This document shows positions 1 through 8,717 of a stretch of 63,156 bases of DNA, piece after piece. This DNA comes from Paraspadella gotoi. Lineage: Eukaryota; Animalia; Chaetognatha. The first letter of the stretch is position 1. Each line of letters starts with the position of its first letter. Below the pieces are notes generated by a model. That model was given only the letters and a program-made list of their open reading frames with translations. It made no database searches and was not told the origin of the DNA. Location: NCBI GenBank assembly GCA_051294375.1, contig CM119271.1, forward strand, positions 7,934,763-7,997,918, in the 5' to 3' direction. The translations under genes were made by a program, and so were the position numbers.

Positions 1-34
<34 letters not shown>

Positions 35-590
35 ATTTTTCATTCATCTCAACTGTATTTACTTTACCTTTTTACAGAGGAGACTTGTAAAAACTCGCTC
101 CGAGCAAAACACGAATTCAATAAACTTAAAAAGCCGCTGAAATATTCTTAGAAAGGCGAACGAATAAAATAAACAAGATTAAAGTGTAGTATACTACCTA
201 TTAAACATAGTAGGAATATTAAGCTTGATTAATACCGATGTGCCCATTGGCCAATAACTTCTTAAAGACCCTTGAAAACATAGGAATCACGCACATCTTC
301 TAATAAATACATTTAGAAAACGTTTGAATTCAAATGGTGAATTATAAATCTAACTACACAACGAAAAAGAAACGAAAAAAGAAACGAAAAAAAAACCCAA
401 TAATAAATACATATTTTTTTTTTCATTTCAGCTTCTTATTTTTTTTTTATCAGATTCATTTTCTTAAAAGATATTTTTTTTTTCAAAATTAATTTTATCT
501 ATTTTTAACGAACATAACTTCGGCTCACTGAGAGTCTCAGCTCACAAGATTTTCACGTTTCAAGACGAAGCAGACGATCAATCCTTTCGA

Positions 591-627
<37 letters not shown>

Positions 628-1896
628 AGTCATTTGTTTCCATTTCCGTTCGACGAAGACCGACGACGTCAGTGAGAAGAACGACGACAAAGACGACGAA
701 TATAGCGACGATAACGACAACGAAGACAGGAACGACAATGACGACGACAGGAACGACGACAACGAAGACGACAGCAACGACTCCCCCGGCCAATGAGATC
801 TGGTTTTGGCAACTGCTTCGACTTTGTCATCCATCGATTATCTTTGCAACTTCGATAAGAATCGAGGATGAACTCTCATCGCCTCCGCTCGACAACGACA
901 GAGATCACGACGACCCTGAGGACGCGGTGTCCTCGGCGTCGAGCCAGCGTCTGCGTCGTCGTCGTCGTCGTCGTCGTCGTCGGAACCGTTCTCTCTGACG
1001 TCACAGTCTCGGTGTCGTCGTCTTCGTAGTCATCGCTTCATCGTCGTCATCGTCATTGTTTACTTTAAGCGTTGTCATCATTATAGTTATCAGTATCAGT
1101 GATCATTGTTGTAGTTGTCATAGTAATCATCCTCGTCGTCATTAGTTATCGTGTTGCCAGGACGTTTTCATCGTCGTTGTTGTTGTTACCATCGCTTTGT
1201 CTCTCGAGCACGAAGGAATTATAATTATAACCAATAACAATAACAATAACATTATCTCTATAACTACAATTCTATAGCTACGACTACAACCGAAGAGAAG
1301 GCGGAGTTGAAACTAAATTACGAGAAATGAAAAATAAGAAAAAAAAAAAAAACATTTTTAATCAGAAGCGAGAGAATCGAATCGGAAATAAAAACTTATA
1401 TAAAACCAACTTGGATGAACTGATTTATTTTTTTTTTCACGCAGAAAAATTTAATCAACTCGGACTTGGTTTTTATTTTATGAATTGCTTTTGCACCTAT
1501 CGAAGTGCGTCATTGTCGTTTTTGCAGCGTACTGTGCTACTGCTGCAATGCACGATCTTCATTCTGCGGCAGAAAACAGTCTGCACTCGGCCGCAGTGCA
1601 CGTTCTCAAATCTGCTTCAGTGCAACGGATGAAAATTCTTCGCGGAAAGGACGTTTCTTAGGAAGGATATAGCTAGAAATCATAAAATATATGTCAAAAA
1701 AGAGCATGACAATTTTTTTTTCCCGACTGAAAGACACTTTTATGACGACAAAAATAAGTTAGACAAGAACTAAAGGAAAAAGTAACAATGAAAACAAAAC
1801 GCAAAAGTTTATTATATATTTATTATTATAAATATAATGACTCGAGAAAATGCCGCAAATTAAACATTTTTTTTTCCAACGCCAAACACAAATGGG

Positions 1897-2526
1897 TCAT
1901 TTCTCCACCTCGGGTCTCGTTCCCACGATCGCCACTGTCACTCCAACGATGACGGAGACGACGCCCAAGATCTTAATGGAATTCATGTCCTGATCCAACC
2001 AGATCCAACCCAACGCGTAGGACAAGGGCAACTGCGACACGGATACCAACGCCGACAACGTCGCCGTGTGAACTTTGATGCCCAACGTGTTCGTCGTCTG
2101 CGCCGCAAGGTTGAGAAGCGTCAACGCCGCTAGCGACGCCGCTATTCGCGGACTCGACGCCGGCGTCACGCCGCCTTTAATCGCGGCGCCGACGACGCCG
2201 CAAGCTACCAACGCCGCCCCGAGAGACCCTATCCAATTGCAAACGGGGACGTCCTCGAAGACGCCGACGAGCATCGTGTCGATGGTCCAGGAGACGCCAG
2301 TGATAAAGGCGCAGAGGTGACCCGGGAATTGGGACGGTCCCTGTCCAGAGTGGGCGTGGCCGAAGATGAACGAGGGTTGAGTGACGAGGACGACGCCGAC
2401 GAAGCAAAGACAGATGCTGACCCATTGAGGTTTGGAAGGGAGACGTCGACGCCAGACGGAATCGGCGAAGGGGATGTAGATGGCGCTGAGGTGGCAGAAG
2501 AGGACGACGTCGCCCACGGGGACGAG
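1897..2526 (-). CDS. Exon 2 of the EamA/DMT-superfamily (SLC35G-like) transporter; spliced product 309 aa
   Basis: Acceptor ...ccaatcAG|CTC at 2527/2526 keeps the frame, giving AQK|LVPVGDVVLF, which resembles SLC35G 'LPLGDA'. Further family-like segments: 'GVVLVTQPSFIFG', 'SQLPLSYALGWIWLDQ' and 'KILGVVSVIVGV'. Stop TGA at 1899-1897. AATAAA on the minus strand at 1808-1813 and 1819-1824. Confidence 0.9.
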   Translation of the reverse strand, partial: LVPVGDVVLFCHLSAIYIPFADSVWRRRLPSKPQWVSICLCFVGVVLVTQPSFIFGHAHSGQGPSQFPGHLCAFITGVSWTIDTMLVGVFEDVPVCNWIGSLGAALVACGVVGAAIKGGVTPASSPRIAASLAALTLLNLAAQTTNTLGIKVHTATLSALVSVSQLPLSYALGWIWLDQDMNSIKILGVVSVIVGVTVAIVGTRPEVEK

Positions 2527-3203
2527 CTGATTGGGGTGGGGGATATTTGGGATTTGTTGTTGTTTTCTTGTTTTACTTTCTTTTGTATTGTTAATATTAA
2601 TTTATATTTTTATTATTAAGTTTGCACGAAAAGGTAAGTATGTTTGTATGAAGGTAAGTCTGTAAGGTAAGTTACGATTATTTTATTCATTGAATTTTTG
2701 TAAATGAAATTTAAATGAATAAACAAATGAATTAATAAATTAATAAATAAATAAATAAAAAAACAAGAACGGTAATTCAAATGTGTTGCGCCGCAGTGAC
2801 TGCCTTATCACGTATATTTTTTGCGACATGACATGACGTAACATGACTATGACTATAATAACTTTTTTAGACCACCACTGCATCGGAATTAAGTCTTTTG
2901 TTTTTTAATAATTTTAGGATTTCCTGAAGGCGACGCTAGTAGTTACTTAAATTTTAGGATTTTCCCTTCTTAACAAATGAGCATCGAGCAACCAACTATA
3001 TGCAAGTTATTAGCATTTTTAACGTAAGTGGAACAGACCAACGGACAGACATACCGACGGACCCACCGACCGACAGGCCGACCGAAAAGTGACTTATAGA
3101 GTTGCTCCGCAACTCAAAAAAAATGAAATAGTTAATAAATTAAATTATTAATTAATTAGTATATCAATAAATCAAATCGAATCAGTCAAAACCCAATTCG
3201 AAC
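2527..3203 (-). other. GT-AG intron (677 nt, phase 0) of the EamA-like gene
   Basis: Canonical GT..AG ends join two in-frame coding blocks. The intron is AT-rich and contains a repeat insertion at 2762..3120. Confidence 0.85.
2762..3120 (+). mobile_element. Non-autonomous dispersed repeat, HINE/DINE-1 (Helentron-associated)-like, family 1
   Basis: Begins AACAAGAACGGTAATTC, has internal (ACATG)n and (GACC/GACA)n microsatellites, and a terminal hairpin AGTTGC-TCC-GCAACT (3100-3114) followed by an A-run. Homologous copies occur elsewhere in the window. Classification is inferred from architecture. Confidence 0.7.
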
Positions 3204-3503
3204 CTTTTGCGCGTAAATGTAAACCACAGTGTCGACGATTCCCACGAGACCGCGGGCGACGGCAGCTGCAAAATCCGCCCGCCGCTTCAGCGCAGCGACG
3301 GCCTCTCTCCTCTCGAAGACGAAGCCGAAGGCGGCGGCCGACAAGAGACCGACGCCCATAACGAGGGTTGTGAGGTTGATGTCGGTCCCGACGTTGATGC
3401 CCGACATGAGATCGAAAAATGACCAACTCAAAGCCGCCAAGAGAGAGAGAAAGGCGGAGTTGGCCCGCGGGTCCGAGTAAAAGGCGGTCAGGATGTCGGG
3501 CAT
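3204..3503 (-). CDS. Exon 1 of an EamA/DMT-superfamily (SLC35G-like) transporter
   Basis: ATG at 3503 in an ACC-ATG context. The hydrophobic ORF MPDILTAF...ARGLVGIVDTVVYIYAQK contains the EamA-type 'RG..G......Y.YA' segment. It ends at an AAG|GT donor (GT at 3203-3202), phase 0. GC-rich coding composition against AT-rich flanks. Confidence 0.85.
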
Positions 3504-5108
3504 GGTTGACCGACAAAGGCGACAAATATTGAGGTCGTTGTAACGAGGAGAAGAGGAGAAGGTTTAGAGGATTGCTATTTTGTTTCTTTTTTTTTTTTTT
3601 AGTATCGATAACGATAGATCGTTTTATATATCTATAAACTCTGTTTGTTTATTTTTAAAATACATGGCGTTTTCGAAAGTTTATTTTTTATCATTCTTAA
3701 TTTTTTTTTAATTAAAATTGAGATTTTTTTTTTTTAATATTTGAAAATGAACTTGAAATGAAGTTGTAAAAAACTTTTCGTCAAATTCGAGACAAAAATC
3801 GAGTTTTGTCTTTCAAGGTCAAGACCGACTCGTCTGGAAACAAATCTTTAAAAAAAAAATTGTAATGATCTTATCGATTTAAATGTCGTTTAAAGTCTGA
3901 TCACTTATTCTTCTCTGATACAATATGAATATCCATCTTCAAGCCTTTATTTTATAGTAGTCTCAACTTCACGTTTATTGCTTTGTTTAATGAAATCTTT
4001 CGTTCATCCTAAATGTATAAATAATAAAGAGTTTAATCCCAAATTAAGTTCGTGTATCAAACCACCAGCTGCCACAAAACCTCAAACTAATGGTTAATGC
4101 ACATTTTCAGGACTTGTAAAAACAATAAAGATGCCACTTTTGAACAATTTAGTCATTTTTGAAATTATCTTTTCCGAACCTGATTTTAATTTCAATTAAA
4201 TAAATTTTTTTGGAATTCGTTTTGATTCGGAAATGTTCGGAAACATTGTGCGGATGATATTGTAAACTGTGAAGTTTCTCTTGATTTGATTCTACGTTAT
4301 CAAATTAAAATACGTATGTCTTCAATAAAGTTTTTATATATATTTAATATAAAAAAGCCGCGAGTTAAAAACGAGAATAAAAAACCGGAAAATTTCAACT
4401 TCTTTTTGCGAAAATTAAAGACTTCGCAAATTTAGAGAAAGAGAGAGAGAGAGAGAGAGAGAGGAGAGGAGAGAGTAAAAAAAAAAAAAACGGGCAAAAA
4501 ATATTCAACGTCAGTTCCTTTGCCAAATGTCTCTCTCCTCACTCTCTCACTCTCTCTCTCTTCTCGCTCTCTCCTCTCCTCTCTCTCTCTCTCTCTCGTC
4601 TCTCTCTACCGCTAAGAAGTAAAATTCGCAAGGACGATCTCATCGAGCGTTTGCCAAATCCGCGGGCCCGCCCTCCTTCCGCATCTAAGGGGCGCTCGAA
4701 CGCCCCCCACCCCCCTTCCCCCCCTCTCCAACTCCGATTCACGTCCCCCCCTCCTCGGCGAAACGAGGGAGGCCACGCCTACTTAGGGGAAACAAGCCTC
4801 ACCTAGCGGGGAGCGTTAGAATGAGTGAGGGTGGGTGAGTTACACCTTGATACAACTCGGTAGCGTAAAGACGATAAAAAAGAACGCTACATCATTCGCC
4901 AATGAGAGTCGCAGGCATTTTCTCGCGAACATGTATGTAGTATGTATTATTGTATAATATACAATGTACATTGTATATCGTTTCACCGTTAATTCTGATG
5001 AGATTAGTTATATTAATGAACTCCGAGAAGCTTATAATTTGCATTCAGTATTTATCAATTACTAATTACTATTTAGTAAAATTATATTATATTATATATA
5101 TATATGAA

Positions 5109-5307
5109 ATTGGTACAACCAATATAAAAATTATCCATTCATTTAATAACTAAGCTATCTTGTCCCTGACTTTGGACAGGCTTTGGTGGTTTGAGGCCTC
5201 CATCACTCTTACAAGACAATGACATAGCAGGTCCCTTCAAGCTTTCAATCAAGACTCTCTCACAGTCTCGTTTATTCACTCCCAGAGTACCTGGCTTCCC
5301 TATCAAT
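5109..5307 (+). mobile_element. 199-bp MITE-like dispersed repeat, family 2
   Basis: Near-identical reverse-complement copy at 47282..47480 with the same sharp ends. Imperfect termini ATTGGTA...TATCAAT. Confidence 0.7.
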
Positions 5308-5603
5308 TATTAGTTATCAATATACATCACTATATATATTAATATATTATGTAGAATTTAGAATTAAAAAAATTAACATTTAGCACTCGTCGAAACAGAA
5401 AATTTGTTGCCTTTATACTTAAACTGTGTTTCCTGCTCCTTTGTTCATCAGCATAGTTTTCTATCTTCCGGTTACACTAATGACTCATAAGTAATATTAT
5501 TCATTGAGATATAGGTAATAAGATTCGTTTTAATTCTTTGGTTCAGATTCGGTTGTGACTTTAAACAACTCGTCTCACGTCAAAGAAACTTCTTTGTTTC
5601 CAT

Positions 5604-5811
5604 GTCACGTGATTTATTCTTTAGAGTGAAGCGAATTTCATTTTCTTGATTTAACTTCGTTTCTGTCAATTAACTTTTACTATCACCAAGTTTCTTCTTT
5701 CGCATGTAACTTTTTCTATCGCAGGTTTTTTATCTCTTGGTTTTTTTTGTTTTTTTTTTTAAATCACGTGACTTGTTTCTTCCTTTCATTTTCTTTTCTC
5801 GGTCACGTGAC
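5604..5811. promoter_or_regulatory. Cluster of three TCACGTGA E-boxes (CLEAR/USF/MiT-TFE type)
   Basis: GTCACGTGAT 5604-5613, ATCACGTGAC 5763-5772 and perfect GTCACGTGAC 5802-5811. Confidence 0.4.
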
Positions 5812-5883
5812 TCTTTCTGTTTCGCACAATCAGCGAATTTCGGTTCTGATGTCAATTGTCTCCAGACACACACACACACACTT

Positions 5884-5927
<44 letters not shown>

Positions 5928-6041
5928 TGAGGAAACAAGAGGGCGGAGGTTGTCACGAGGGAAACGTGATGCGAAGTGAGTCGTGAAATACGTCGCTGGT
6001 GAGTTATTCATTCACAGGATATAGTGAACTCTTATTCTATT

Positions 6042-6707
6042 AGTGTGGATAAGGCGCTAAGTGGGCAGAAGATGACTATCCGTAACTTCTATAACCCCCT
6101 CTAGCAGACATGGAACGGGTCCTGGGCTTGGAACCAGGCTTGAGGGTTTGCCACGCCCCCAAGGCGGCTAACGGCCGTCCTCACTCTTCCCGCAGGGTAG
6201 GTATCAGGTTGGTCATGAGCTGATGGCTTTACTCAATGAGCCACCGGGTCACAAATGAAAGAGTCATGCTTATAGGTGGGGTGAACTTAGGCAATGCCCG
6301 ACTACATGCCCCCAGATTGGGACCCACCCTGCACTGCTTCCAGTGGAGGGAGGGGAGCAATCTTCAGCATGTCCATGGGCCTGGAATCAGAAGGTTGGAA
6401 TACACTCGATAGGATGGGCTCACCAGTGTGGATAAGGCGCTAAGTGGGCAGAAGATGACTATCCGTAACTTCTATAACCCCCTCTAGCAGACATTGAACG
6501 GGTCCTGGGCTTGGAACCAGGCGTGAGGGTTTGCCACGCCCCCAAGGCGGCTAACGGCCGTCCTCAACTCTTCCCGCAGGGTAGTACCCGGGTTGGGATT
6601 GAACCCAGTACCTAGTGAGCTGATGGCTTTACTCCAATGAGCCACCGGGTCTCACAACTGAAAGAGTCATGCTTATAGGCGGGGTGAACCTAGGCAATGC
6701 CGACTAC
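6042..6707 (-). mobile_element. Tandem (~1.7 copies) 383-bp GC-rich SINE/retrozyme-like unit with tRNA-like head
   Basis: 'agtgtggataaggcgctaag' occurs at 6042 and 6425 (period 383). The minus strand carries A/B boxes and tRNA-like stems at 6586..6650. Composition differs sharply from the flanks. Confidence 0.65.
6586..6650 (-). ncRNA. tRNA-derived Pol III head (not an intact tRNA)
   Basis: Minus strand: ACCCGG...CCGGGT acceptor-like stem, A box TGGCTCATTGG (6644-6634), B box GGTTCAATCC (6605-6596) inside a TGGG/CCCA T-arm. The anticodon arm is short and degenerate. Confidence 0.65.
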
Positions 6708-6791
6708 GATTAGTTTCTTCACGTAAAATTGAGCGAGAAAAAAAGAAAAAGAAAGAAAGAGAGAGAAGAGAGAGACGAGAGAGAGAAGAGA

Positions 6792-6835
<44 letters not shown>

Positions 6836-7573
6836 CCAGAAAGACAGCGAGCGGCCAAGTGCCCCTTCGAAGAAATCTCCTCTTAGAGAAATCGCGGTCG
6901 AAAATCTTTGCTACTCGCGATTTATTCTTTGACTCTAATTTATCAGGGAAAAACGTGATGGAGGAAAAAGACGGAGAAACGGACGGAGAATCTTGGGGAC
7001 AGACTGACGGATGGACGGACGGACTTCTAGTGCGACGAAGAAAAATTAGAGTAAAACAATTTGCTCTTTAAATAATCTTTTAAATTGAACCATTTTCTGT
7101 CGCATTTTTTGTCTACGTCTTTCTAGACTTCGATTCATTTTTTCTCTCAGACTGTCTGTCTGTCCTTCTATTGGTTTATTTTTCTGTCTGTCTTTCTGTC
7201 AGTCTCTTTCCCCTTCAGTTCCCTCCAACATCCGCTATCATCTATTTCCAATCTTCGTTTTTCTATCTTGGCCGATTTTTCTTATTTTTTTTCTCATTTT
7301 TTTCCTTTTCTCTCATTTTCCTTTTTTCCCCATATTAAGAGATTCTTCCTCCTTCTTTTCCGATCTGAATTCAGCCAAGTCTTCCGCCATAATTGTCCAA
7401 GGAGGAGAATTAAAAGACGATTTTGAATACGGACTAAAAAAAAAAAGAGATATATTGTTTCCCTTTTTTTCTATGGTTTCCTTTCTCGGCAAAAACTCTC
7501 GATTGGGGGTTTTTAGATTTTTTTTTTTTTTTTTCTGAGAGGCGAGTTTGGCTTTAGGAAAGAGAGACAGGAG

Positions 7574-7604
<31 letters not shown>

Positions 7605-8381
7605 AGAGAGAGAGAGGCAGAGAGAGAGAGAGAGAGACGAGAGTTTTTCCAGTGGCTCAGTTGGCGCCGCAATCAAACAGTTTTTTAAACTTGGGAGAGC
7701 CAGCCATCCATTGGCTCACTCCACAAAAGAGGGAGAAAACACTGAGGAGAGAGAGAGAGAGAGAAGAGAAGAGAGATGAGAGAGCGATGAGAGAGAGAGA
7801 GAGAGAGAGAGAGATGAGAGAGAGTTCAAAGAAATAATGATTCCGCCGATAAACAAATATTGTGTAATAAAAGTAACTTTTTACTGCCACGCGTAAATTT
7901 CAGTTGAATTAATCCTATTTTTACCATTTTTTTTTAGTTCAAACATGATTAGTTTTTGTGATTTAATTTTTAAGATTTATTCAATTTCTGTCGTCTTCGT
8001 CGTCTGTCGTCGTCATCGTCGTCGCTCGATGTATGACGAATATTGAAAAAATATTAAAAAAAAAACGTTAGTTCGCATTGATATAATTTATGGCTAACGA
8101 CGGAACCGAAGACAACGACGAACCCTTCGATTGATATTGATATATGATAATTGATAATCATCTGTTTGATGATAATGATAATCGTGCTGGTGATAACTTT
8201 GATGAACGTTCGCGTCGATAAGTTCGTCTTAGTGACGACGGGAATATTACGCGGAAAAAGTGGGACGAACGAAGGGACGACCAGAGCGGACGGAACGAAG
8301 GGGACAGACAGGCTTTACGACGATTGAGGAGAGAATCGATTGACCTAAAATCCTTGGACCTCGAAATATTTTTCTTACCTT

Positions 8382-8717
8382 CTCTATAAGTCACTTTTTG
8401 GTATGTCCCGGGTTCGGTCCGTGTATAGTTCCTGTTTGTCCACTATACCTGTAATAGAAATTTCATAATAATTTGCCTTCTAGTTTGGTTGCTTCAATTA
8501 GTTAAGACAGAAAAAAACCTCAAATCTAAGGGACAGTAAACGCCGCCTTCAGGAATCCCTAAAACTATAAAGAGTAAAAGACGAAATTTTGATGCGGTGC
8601 GTGGCATAAATACACGGGCAAAAAAAGATTTTTCAGTCATGTCATGTCATGTCATATCTTATGATCAAAGGGAAATACGCGTGAAAATAAAGTCACATTG
8701 GAATTACCGTTCTTGTT
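8382..8717 (-). mobile_element. Diverged copy of repeat family 1
   Basis: Reverse-complement matches: ctctataagtcacttt, cctcaaatctaagggac, cgccgccttcaggaa, gtcatgtcatg, gaattaccgttcttgtt. Confidence 0.7.

Noticed and set aside
553-998. Ser/Val/Thr-rich ORFs here and similar ones at 20900-21742, 32926-33599 and 45054-45733
   Set aside because: Overlapping multi-frame translations of (GAC)n and (GA)n microsatellites with no domain signal.
6213-6270. Hammerhead-like CTGATG...GAAA on the + strand of the 383-bp unit
   Set aside because: The core reads CUGAUGG, not CUGANGA, and GAAA does not follow stem II directly. The segment is better explained as the antisense of the tRNA-like head.
6335-6372. 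CTGAAGA hammerhead core on the minus strand
   Set aside because: No GAAA follows the putative stem II, and the bases belong to the long rod hairpin.
6586-6650. Functional tRNA gene
   Set aside because: Too short, no proper anticodon arm, no oligo-T terminator and embedded in a repeat unit.
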